A stretch of 63,162 nt of DNA, counting the filler. It is 6 parts of 6 records of this genome, joined end to end, with 100 filler letters (N's around TTAATTAATTAA, not from the genome) between each part and the next. Parts side by side here need not be neighbours in the genome. Positions count along the whole stretch, not along the records: positions 45,805 to 57,835 come from SRR31156797_18696; positions 57,936 to 63,162 come from SRR31156797_18811; 4 more parts are not named here. The stretch is one strand, 5' to 3'. Both the position numbers and the translations under genes were made by a program. Below, one piece after another: positions 55,388 through 63,162 of the stretch (position 1 is the first letter of the stretch; the number at the start of each line of letters is the position of its first letter). The notes beneath the pieces were generated by a model. It worked only from the letters and a program-made list of their open reading frames with translations, was not told the DNA's origin and ran no database searches.

Positions 55388-56383
55388 CTAATGCTTTACT
55401 TCTGCATTTCCCAGTAGTTTACGAACCTTATAATAAACAATCTCTGCTTTCAGGTTAACTTTAAAATCTCCGTTTTGTTCAGCAGGATAACGCTGAAAAT
55501 GTGAACCAATTTCATCGTATTTTAAACCTGCTGTACCAAAGGTAATATCACAAATGTTATCTTCTTTTAATTTCCTGATAAAATCACCTGAAACACCATC
55601 ATCGGTAAATGGAAAAGCAAAAGCCTTAATACCTGGTCGAATTGTTTCGGTTAACCAAAGCATGCTTTTTTTTATATGCTTCAATTGTTTTTTTTCCGAT
55701 ATCTTCCAGAACTCGGGATGTTTATGGGCATGAGCTCCAATTGAAAATCCCTGCCTGTAAAGCGTTTTTATTTGATCCGTTGAAAGATATGGTTTCTCCT
55801 TTTCAAGAAAAGAAGAGAAATCCAGTTCCAGCAATTCTGCTGCATGATCTAATATTCTTCTTTTTGAGAATGATGTTTGAAGGATGTTAAACTTGGTAAT
55901 TCCATGCTCTTTTAAATACACTTCAGTTTCCGCATCCGGGATAGATCGCATTTCATTTAATACCAGACTGGCTTTATATCGATGAAAAAGTGCTATATTA
56001 TCGACAAATCCACTATTGATAAAAAAAGTGGCCGGAACTCCTTTTCGAAGTAAGATTGGAGCAATAATCTCGGCACATTGTTTTAACCCATCATCAAAGC
56101 TGAGATGAAAGATATTCCTTTTGCTAAAAGGATCATTATAAAATTCTTCCAACGAGACCGGATTAAAAAATCTGAGGTAAAAGTCAAGTTCATTTTCAAA
56201 TTGTTTTTCGCTAATTATGGGGTAATTTAATATATGTGGCAAGGGATTGTTACTTACTACATGATAAAAGGGTAGAAATACCGGACCTTTCGACCTTAAC
56301 AATTTCTTAGATGAAAATGCAGGACTTACAACTTTACAAAATTTACGAGGGATATCGCGCATTACCACTATCTTTTTAGCCAC
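55388..56383 (-). CDS. Polysaccharide deacetylase (CE4-like)
   Basis: FYH, SFDDG, GAH---HP, FAFPF. Confidence 0.82.
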   Translation of the reverse strand: MAKKIVVMRDIPRKFCKVVSPAFSSKKLLRSKGPVFLPFYHVVSNNPLPHILNYPIISEKQFENELDFYLRFFNPVSLEEFYNDPFSKRNIFHLSFDDGLKQCAEIIAPILLRKGVPATFFINSGFVDNIALFHRYKASLVLNEMRSIPDAETEVYLKEHGITKFNILQTSFSKRRILDHAAELLELDFSSFLEKEKPYLSTDQIKTLYRQGFSIGAHAHKHPEFWKISEKKQLKHIKKSMLWLTETIRPGIKAFAFPFTDDGVSGDFIRKLKEDNICDITFGTAGLKYDEIGSHFQRYPAEQNGDFKVNLKAEIVYYKVRKLLGNAEVKH

Positions 56384-57285
56384 CTTAATGGCAAAGATAA
56401 GTGATTAAATTTAAGATGGAAATAGGTTTCCAGTTGTGCACCAAATCCGCTGTAGAAACGTGCAACACCAGGTATCATAGAGCCTTCGAAATCAAGAATA
56501 AGCCCTTTGCCAGTATTCTTCTCAATAAAGCTATTTAAAAGAAAATGCATTGCCCTAAGTTCTTTGCCCTCGGTATTCGATACGGCATTAAAATAGATAA
56601 CACGCTCCTTCCAGCGGCAAAAATAAACTGCGGCACAGAGTTGATTTTGTGCAGAATACACTCCATATATTTGTCCGTGTCCCTTATTAATGCCAACTGA
56701 AATAAGACGTTTTAAGCTAGTTAAAATCTTTTTATTGGTATTTGGAGAGAGGTTTTCTGCTTTAAAAGAGAGGTAATCTTCAAGTCTGATTCCTTCAATT
56801 AGGGTTAATCCATTATTCTTACTTCTGGAAATGTTTCGTTTGGTGTTTTTTGAGAATGCCTTTGCCAATATTTGATAATCGTTATGCAAAGACAGTAAAT
56901 AATTTTTACGATCAGAAATATGAGATTTAAGTTCCGGAGATGGAATGTTTTCTGCATTTAAATGGATGTCGCAGTACCTAAATTGTTTTTTTATTGCCTG
57001 GACAAATGCTTCCAGTATTTTTTCAGAAGGAGTAGGAAAAATTCCCAGTTGTTGAGAATACAATGGTTGATAGATATAACGGATTCCGAGTTTTTTTCGG
57101 AACGGGAGGGGCATTACATACTCATAATTGCCCATTACCAGTGCATCCCAAATCTCTGCTGTTCGGTCGAGGTGCCAATCGAAGGCATAAATCCTGCAAT
57201 TGATGGCCATGTCAATACACCGATTCCATTTTTCAGAATCAATATCTTTATGCTTTATGTATCGGATTATTGTGTCTAAACTCAT
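56368..57285 (-). CDS. FemAB-like GNAT protein
   Basis: ID--KW, QP--SQQLG, DFEGSM-PGVA-FY--FG. Confidence 0.75.
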   Translation of the reverse strand: MSLDTIIRYIKHKDIDSEKWNRCIDMAINCRIYAFDWHLDRTAEIWDALVMGNYEYVMPLPFRKKLGIRYIYQPLYSQQLGIFPTPSEKILEAFVQAIKKQFRYCDIHLNAENIPSPELKSHISDRKNYLLSLHNDYQILAKAFSKNTKRNISRSKNNGLTLIEGIRLEDYLSFKAENLSPNTNKKILTSLKRLISVGINKGHGQIYGVYSAQNQLCAAVYFCRWKERVIYFNAVSNTEGKELRAMHFLLNSFIEKNTGKGLILDFEGSMIPGVARFYSGFGAQLETYFHLKFNHLSLPLRWLKR

Positions 57286-57306
57286 TCAGTTTGCGAAGAT
57301 AAACAA

Positions 57307-57835
57307 TTAGCCGTTGGTCCATCCGAAACCCAGTTTATTCATTTGTTCAAATACTTCCCTGAAACCTTCCCAATAGCCGAGGTCGTTAACGGTTTCATTA
57401 TGCCAAACACTTACAAATGTACCTCCAACATTTTTAACTTCCTGCATTTGTCGTTCAATTTCTTCAAACGCTTTTTGGGGATTAAGTTGCATGTAATGCC
57501 TTAATGTGCCATCCATTACCTGAAATGGAACAATTTTAAGGTTTGTGGTTGTTTCGTGTTTTAAATCGTAAAAGTAGTATGGAGTACAGATTCCTGCCCT
57601 GAAACCGGGTTGTGCGGAATAACCCAAAGTATAATCTTCTGAAATTCCGGCTTTGATCAGGCGGATATATGATTTTGGAAATCGTAACATCAGAAAATGT
57701 TGCCGACTCTTATTAATTTCTTTTCCAATAATTTCTTCCAGTCGTTGTTTTTCTTGCCTTACCTTTTTTTTGCCTCCTTTTTTACTACTGGCAAATGATG
57801 GATGTATTCCTACATCGTATTTTTTTGCTGTTTCC
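57307..57835 (-). CDS. Polysaccharide-deacetylase-like protein, 5'-truncated
   Basis: RQHFL-L-FP, DYTLGY----GFRAG-C-P, GG-FV--WHN. Confidence 0.72.
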
Positions 57836-57935
57836 NNNNNNNNNNNNNNNNNNNNNNNNNNNNNNNNNNNNNNNNNNNNTTAATTAATTAANNNNNNNNN
57901 NNNNNNNNNNNNNNNNNNNNNNNNNNNNNNNNNNN
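57836..57935. other. Artificial contig spacer
   Basis: N-run with TTAATTAATTAA core. Confidence 0.98.
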
Positions 57936-58253
57936 CTGGAAGGTGAAATAGAGGCTTCTTTTCAGCGAAGAGGCATCGACCACATTGACAATGACATCGG
58001 GCTTCTCCGTTATGAGAAAATCACGAGTTACACGTTCCTCAAGTGAAAAAGAAGTAAGACTGTAGGTTCCCGGTAGGTCAACTGTTTCGACCTTGATGCC
58101 TTCATAAGTGTAAAATCCGGCTTTTTTATCAACGGTAACGCCGGGATAATTAGCTATGTGTTGATTGGCTCCAGTCAGCATATTAAATGTGGTCGATTTA
58201 CCGGCATTTTGCTGACCCGCCAGGCCTATCAGGAGTTTTTTGTTCTTTTCCAT
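57936..58253 (-). CDS. feoB: Ferrous iron transporter B, N-terminal GTPase fragment
   Basis: GQQNAGKST, NYPGVTVD, DLPGTYSL. Confidence 0.93.
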
Positions 58254-58289
58254 TAGTGTCTTGCCAGTGGGGAATAAATCTGTGAAAAA

Positions 58290-58544
58290 TTAAATTGTCT
58301 CTTCAACTTCGATTAGCGATGCTTCTGATTGGCGAAGGGTGACATTATAATTCGCAACTTTACATTGGATAGGGTCACCCAGTGGTGCTTTTCTTACGAC
58401 ATCAATCTCTGATTCTGGAATAAATCCAAGGTCAAGCAACCTTTGGCGAATGGCTCCCTTGGCGTGATGACAACGTATTTTCGCTTTTTTCCCCGGTTTT
58501 ATATCCCCTAGCATACAACATTTTTTGTGCCTTCTGTGTTTCAT
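58290..58544 (-). CDS. feoA: FeoA
   Basis: RQRLLDLG, R-APLGDP, LR-SEA. Confidence 0.92.
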   Translation of the reverse strand: MKHRRHKKCCMLGDIKPGKKAKIRCHHAKGAIRQRLLDLGFIPESEIDVVRKAPLGDPIQCKVANYNVTLRQSEASLIEVEETI

Positions 58545-58656
58545 AGGTACCCCTAAATTAGTTATGTATGAGAATGTCTTATCTACGGTAGTTTTTAAGC
58601 TTGGTCAACTAAATTTTGGCGCAATGATTTTATTTAGTCATGCCGTAAATTATTTA

Positions 58657-58685
58657 TTGACACGTAAATTAGGTTGAGCTAAGTT
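58657..58685 (+). promoter_or_regulatory. sigma70 promoter overlapped by a TTAG-N6-CTAA palindrome
   Basis: TTGACA(58657)-17-TAAGTT(58680); AAATTAG GTTGAG CTAAGTT (58666-58685). Confidence 0.55.
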
Positions 58686-58732
58686 CACGCAATCTGAGCT
58701 TACTAACGTAAATACATCCAAGAGGTATCACT

Positions 58733-59047
58733 ATGACTTACAAAATTTTAATCGCTCTGTTGTTCAGCGTTTGCATGGCAACAATCGCTGCAGCGCATAC
58801 ACCACTTTGTTCGTGCTTTGACAACGGCGACGAAACTATCACCTGTGAAGGTGGTTTTTCTGATGGCTCTTCAGCATCAGGGGTGGAGATGCGTATTGAA
58901 TCACCTAAGGGGGAAGTACTGCTGCAGGGGAAGATGAATGAAGACTCTGAGTTCATCTTTGATAAACCGAATGGGGACTATGTGGTCATGTTCGATGCAG
59001 GTGAAGGACATAAGATTAAAGTCCCAGGTAAAGAGATTGTTGAGTAA
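58733..59047 (+). CDS. Small exported protein, putative metal-binding
   Basis: Signal peptide ending A-A-H, C-GGFSDGS, FDAG-GH. Confidence 0.75.
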   Translation: MTYKILIALLFSVCMATIAAAHTPLCSCFDNGDETITCEGGFSDGSSASGVEMRIESPKGEVLLQGKMNEDSEFIFDKPNGDYVVMFDAGEGHKIKVPGKEIVE

Positions 59048-59124
59048 GAGGTTGCCGGGGCTTATTGTGACCGATTTTTAATAGTATGTTTGACCATATT
59101 TTATGAACACAAAAAGGAGAGAAA

Positions 59125-59940
59125 ATGAATAAGAAATTATCCGCATTTTTCGCAGGTGCAGCCATTATCGGATCTGCAACAGTCGCATCAGCCCATTTTC
59201 AAATGGTTTATACACCAGAGATGGCGATGACAAAAGGTGGCAAAATTCCAGTAAAACTGGTTTTTACCCATCCGTTTGAAGCCGGGCACACCATGAACAT
59301 GGGTAAGCCGGAGCAGTTTTATGTGGTTCGCTCACGCGGGGAGAATGCGCCAAAGAAAACAGACCTGCTGGAGACGTTAAAGCCTGTTACGTGGACGAGT
59401 CTGACTAACAGTGGTGACGCCTGGGAAACTACCTATCAGGCCAGGGGCGGAGATCATATCTTCTGTTTGATCCCGGAACCATATTGGGAAGATGGAGACG
59501 GGTTCTATATTAAACAAAACACTAAAGTTATCGTTAATGCGGGCGGGGAGCCCGGCGCATGGATGGAGCCGGTTGGGTTACCCACTGAGATCGTTCCGCT
59601 TGCCAAACCGTATGACCGCTGGACAGGTAATGTTTTCCAGGGACAAGTTCTTGTTAACGGCAAGCCTGTTCCCGGAGCAGAAGTTGAAATTGAATTTATG
59701 AATCACAAACCATTGCTCGATAAAAATGCCTTTGCTAAAGAGGCTGAGGTGGAGGCCCCACAGGATGCCTTTGTTCTGCAGACAATTTTTGCCGATGAAA
59801 ACGGTGTGTTCACCTTTGGTATTCCTCGTGCAGGTTGGTGGGGATTCGCTGCTCTGGATCTTGACCCTGAGTATACCTACAAAGATAAAAAATGTTCCAG
59901 AGATGCTGTGATCTGGATCCAGGCGAAAGATATGAAATAA
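59125..59940 (+). CDS. DUF4198 periplasmic protein (metal-uptake associated)
   Basis: Signal peptide, AHFQM, FTHPF, EIVPL--PY, GWWGFAAL. Confidence 0.85.
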   Translation: MNKKLSAFFAGAAIIGSATVASAHFQMVYTPEMAMTKGGKIPVKLVFTHPFEAGHTMNMGKPEQFYVVRSRGENAPKKTDLLETLKPVTWTSLTNSGDAWETTYQARGGDHIFCLIPEPYWEDGDGFYIKQNTKVIVNAGGEPGAWMEPVGLPTEIVPLAKPYDRWTGNVFQGQVLVNGKPVPGAEVEIEFMNHKPLLDKNAFAKEAEVEAPQDAFVLQTIFADENGVFTFGIPRAGWWGFAALDLDPEYTYKDKKCSRDAVIWIQAKDMK

Positions 59941-60051
59941 TACACTCGCGTAACTTCAATCTTCCATACGTGGTAAAAACACGGATCGCCCCATGAGCGC
60001 ATAGGGTCGATTCGTGGTTTTGTTTTTCCGGGTCTTACCGAGGATGAGCTA

Positions 60052-60204
60052 ATGGAAATTATAGATATACTTCTGACAGGTGTTGTTGTGGCTGTGGCCA
60101 TTTGGTATCTCTACCGAAAAATTGTCATCAACAAGGGGTGCTGTTGCGGCTCCTCCTCTTGTAGTAAAGGGAAAACGGATTCCAAGTCACCAGATAAAAA
60201 TTAA
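60052..60204 (+). CDS. FeoB-associated Cys-rich membrane protein (50 aa, absent from ORF track)
   Basis: MEIIDILLTGVVVAVAIWYLYRK...KGCCCGSSSC; GAGGA SD. Confidence 0.75.
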   Translation: MEIIDILLTGVVVAVAIWYLYRKIVINKGCCCGSSSCSKGKTDSKSPDKN

Positions 60205-60218
60205 ATAATCACGATCAA

Positions 60219-61097
60219 ATGAACGTCATAGAAGTGCATAACCTCTGTCATCGATACAATGGCAGAACCATTTATGAAGACCTCAGTTTCAATGTTCCAG
60301 AAGGGAGCATCTGTGGTCTGCTTGGTAAAAATGGGCAGGGAAAAACAACACTTGTCAACATTCTCATGGGATTTCTCAAGCCAACAGGGGGGAAGTGCCT
60401 TGTGCTCGGAGAAGATTCCCACGACTTACCGCCTGCTGTACGAAACAGAGTTGGACTTCTTCACGAAGGTCACCTTGCCTATGAATTTATGACCATTGGT
60501 CAGACTGAACGTTTTTTCCGCGGCTGTTATCCGGACTGGAAACCTGATATCTTTTACGACCTGGTCAATAAAATGGGGCTCCCGACTAACCATAAAGTGG
60601 GCAATATGTCCTGCGGGCAGCGCTCGCAGGTTGTATTGGGTGTAATCATGGCCCAAAATCCAGACCTGTTGATTTTGGACGATTATTCCATGGGGCTTGA
60701 TGCTGGTTACCGGCGGCTTTTTTTAGACGTCCTCCACGATTTTGCAGGACTGGGCGGCAAAACCATATTTGTAACCAGCCATATTGTGCAGGACCTTGAG
60801 CAACTGGTAGATACCATGATATTTATCGATCAGGGACAAATCATGCAGACTGGATTAAATGATTTTATGTCGTCTTTTCATAAGTTTTCTTTCCGTAATG
60901 GAAAGGTTGTGGGTTTTGAAAAAGATGCTGTCCTTAACGGCTGGGAACAGCGTGGAGATAAGATAACGGTCTACTCCTTTGCATCACAACGTGAGGTGGC
61001 CGGCCATCTCGAATCTCTTGGAATCAAATGCAAAGATTTCCAGCAGGAGGCGATGTCCCTGGAAGACGGATTCATTGGCCTCATGGGTAAATATTGA
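60219..61097 (+). CDS. ABC transporter ATP-binding protein
   Basis: GKNGQGKT, MSCGQ signature, LILDD. Confidence 0.88.
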   Translation: MNVIEVHNLCHRYNGRTIYEDLSFNVPEGSICGLLGKNGQGKTTLVNILMGFLKPTGGKCLVLGEDSHDLPPAVRNRVGLLHEGHLAYEFMTIGQTERFFRGCYPDWKPDIFYDLVNKMGLPTNHKVGNMSCGQRSQVVLGVIMAQNPDLLILDDYSMGLDAGYRRLFLDVLHDFAGLGGKTIFVTSHIVQDLEQLVDTMIFIDQGQIMQTGLNDFMSSFHKFSFRNGKVVGFEKDAVLNGWEQRGDKITVYSFASQREVAGHLESLGIKCKDFQQEAMSLEDGFIGLMGKY

Positions 61098-61136
61098 TGG
61101 AAAAAAAACAAGAATACTAGCTTTCGGAATATTGTA

Positions 61137-61808
61137 ATGCTCTTCTCCCTGCTTCTTAAAGAGTGGTTGAAACTGCGCCTGTTTTTTGGCGCACTTCTGC
61201 TGCTGAATTTTGGTATCTGCGTCAAGATTTTTTTTGACATACGGCAGCAGATGCACAGCGAACATGCTGAAATGGTTTGGTACCAGGTCATACACATTCA
61301 CACAGTTCCCTACACTGCAATTATGTACCTGCCGTTTGTTACAGGACTCATATTTGCTGCCGCTCAATTTATTCCGGAAATGCTCGGCAGGCGCATGCGC
61401 ATATCGCTGCACCTTCCCACCGGACGTAATCGCATGCTGATTGCCTCTTTATTTACCGGCTTCCTGTTGTATACGGTTGTTTGCTTAATGGATTGCGGGC
61501 TCATCTTTTTGATGCTTCGCACCTATTTCCCCGTTGAAGTTGCCTTGTCGTCGATTCCCACTCTTATACCCTGGGTAATTGCAGGGCTGTTGAGTTATTA
61601 TGGCACTGTAACTGTTCTGCTGGAGATTAACTGGCCCCGCCGCATATTCTTATTTTTAGTATTTAGCACACTCAGTGTTATGCTTTTTGGAGGCGTGGGG
61701 TATGGGTGGTTTACACCAGCACTTTGGTGTTTGAGCTGTCTTGTTCCTTTGGCAATATTCAGTGTTTTTGAATCCGGACGCAGATTTCAGCAGCGGGGGG
61801 CAAAATGA
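61137..61808 (+). CDS. ABC-2-type membrane protein
   Basis: KEW-K N-terminus, QF-PE---R-R--LHLP, about 6 TM segments. Confidence 0.75.
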   Translation: MLFSLLLKEWLKLRLFFGALLLLNFGICVKIFFDIRQQMHSEHAEMVWYQVIHIHTVPYTAIMYLPFVTGLIFAAAQFIPEMLGRRMRISLHLPTGRNRMLIASLFTGFLLYTVVCLMDCGLIFLMLRTYFPVEVALSSIPTLIPWVIAGLLSYYGTVTVLLEINWPRRIFLFLVFSTLSVMLFGGVGYGWFTPALWCLSCLVPLAIFSVFESGRRFQQRGAK

Positions 61809-63052
61809 ATCAGGTACTACCCACTCTTTCCCGGTACAGTGCAGTTATTCTCGCTGTATTGGCACTCAGTTATGCGCTTCCAGCCGGGTTTGACAAAGTG
61901 TTTGGCCAAAAGGCGGGCAATCCTTTACTTTTCTTTAGTCCTTTGCTTGAAAAATTCATCTATCGTGAATCGTTAGGCGGCCATCGTTTCAATTACCTGG
62001 ATGAGGATGGCAATCGATACGACCGGGCCGGGTTTGAAGCAGAGCTGCCTTTTCTCTATTACAAAAATCTTGAAAAGAAAAAGCTATTGCCGGTGGAGAT
62101 AAAAGGACAGCGTTTCGACAAACAGGGCATTAAGGCGGATAAGCAGGGGCTTGAGATTAAAAGCCGCCACCTTAATGGGCATCATCAGCAGGTTGAACTG
62201 TATCCGTTATTTAATAATGATCCTGAAGTCGCGATTATGCCTTTTCCTGAGGATGTGTTCCGTTTTACCGAAAAGGGAATGGAATTTATCAATGCTGATT
62301 ATAATCGTATAGACAACCAGCTGAGCTCCTCCTTTACCAAGGCCTTAAAAGAAAAGGGATTTATTTTCCCTGCCACTGTCATAGGCGGCAAAACCACCAA
62401 CCTGAAACCGTTTGATGAAGGCTTTTTTATCCGCGATAAAATCGGGCAGGTTTTCCATCTTAAAAGAATACTCAATCAGCCTGCAGTGACGAAAACATCC
62501 ATAGATCCTTCCCTTGATATTCAAGATATTATTATTTCAGAAAACAGGCGTAAGGAGTTTTACGGGACTGTCATTACCAGGCAGGGGGAGCTATTTTTGA
62601 TATCTTACGATAACTACCGGTTGATACCTCTGGAAGTTGAAACGTATGATCCTGCCCGGATGGATTTCAAGTTACTGATAAATCCTTTGTATGCTAATCC
62701 CATTATTGGTACATCTACTATGGTGCACGGGACTGCAATGGATGCATCGTATAATGTCCTGCGCCATTATGACTTACAGCGGCTTGAGCCAACTCCCTTA
62801 ATCATTCGCGATGCCAGAGATTTTTTGTTTCCTTTTCAGCTATCTTTTCAAAATCCTTATCGGGGGCAGGCTGATCCTCACTTAGTCCTGGGCGGCGTTT
62901 GGTCACTGGCTGGACTTATTTTTGCTGTTTGCTGCTATGTGTTTTTGGGTAAACGAAAAAAACAGGCAATTGATAAGGGAGAGCTGGCAGTGATACTGCT
63001 TACCGGGTTGTACGGCCTGCTGACTGTATTACTGATTAAAAAGGAAGAGTAG
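61805..63052 (+). CDS. DUF4857-like membrane-anchored protein
   Basis: N- and C-terminal TM segments, LPFLYY, K-FDEG-F; follows ABC pair. Confidence 0.65.
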   Translation: MNQVLPTLSRYSAVILAVLALSYALPAGFDKVFGQKAGNPLLFFSPLLEKFIYRESLGGHRFNYLDEDGNRYDRAGFEAELPFLYYKNLEKKKLLPVEIKGQRFDKQGIKADKQGLEIKSRHLNGHHQQVELYPLFNNDPEVAIMPFPEDVFRFTEKGMEFINADYNRIDNQLSSSFTKALKEKGFIFPATVIGGKTTNLKPFDEGFFIRDKIGQVFHLKRILNQPAVTKTSIDPSLDIQDIIISENRRKEFYGTVITRQGELFLISYDNYRLIPLEVETYDPARMDFKLLINPLYANPIIGTSTMVHGTAMDASYNVLRHYDLQRLEPTPLIIRDARDFLFPFQLSFQNPYRGQADPHLVLGGVWSLAGLIFAVCCYVFLGKRKKQAIDKGELAVILLTGLYGLLTVLLIKKEE

Positions 63053-63162
63053 CAGGAGGGGAAAGCAATAAGGAGTACCTGTCTCTCCTTTTGGGACGGG
63101 TAACTCCTCTGCGTAGTACCAGAAGGCTGTCCGAGAATGTTATTTTCGCCCGACTCGGCGTC

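Noticed and set aside
5665-57935. Recurrent TTAATTAATTAA flanked by N-runs as a biological repeat
   Set aside because: Identical 100-nt synthetic spacers used to join contigs
58566-58585. Possible Fur box (ATGAGAATGTCTTATC) upstream of feoA
   Set aside because: Only a half-site match with poor dyad symmetry
862-61440. Many overlapping antisense or alternate-frame ORFs in the supplied track
   Set aside because: Shadows of well-supported genes, with no motifs or RBS
63060-63162. Possible start of a repeat element at the window end
   Set aside because: Truncated; no second copy or inverted partner visible

Overview
This window is not one locus. It is six unrelated contigs joined by 100-nt artificial spacers (N-runs around TTAATTAATTAA) at 5665-5764, 13176-13275, 21972-22071, 45705-45804 and 57836-57935. 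(1) 1-5664, deltaproteobacterial-type housekeeping: adenine deaminase, RpoH, radical SAM, TPR lipoprotein. (2) 5765-13175, similar organism: TrkH/KtrB, PncB, methyltransferase, FIST-GGDEF, alpha/beta hydrolase. (3) 13276-21971, probably a Methanosarcinales archaeon: minimal Suf, wHTH regulator, hydrolases, dTDP-sugar genes. (4) 22072-45704, a 23.6-kb piece of a probable large dsDNA phage: dense small ORFs, Rnl2 RNA ligase, gp32-like SSB, tyrosine recombinase, HigBA pair, orphan HigA, SprT protease, AP2 and ParB-like proteins. (5) 45805-57835, Bacteroidales: housekeeping genes plus an adenylation-domain/ACP/GNAT/deacetylase cluster. (6) 57936-63162, Desulfobacterota-type Feo/metal-uptake region. 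The most interesting signal is non-coding and lies in the phage contig, where three distinct, exactly spaced upstream motifs recur: a sigma70-like promoter carrying a shared palindromic operator (5 copies), TTCTCTAA-N17-TACTT (4 copies, ahead of nucleic-acid-metabolism genes) and ACTAT-N6-(+1) (7 copies, leading either directly into a leaderless ATG or into a 5'-terminal hairpin). Together they suggest an early/middle/late transcription programme with heavy use of leaderless mRNAs. All protein and taxonomic calls come from motif recognition by eye; no database searches were run.
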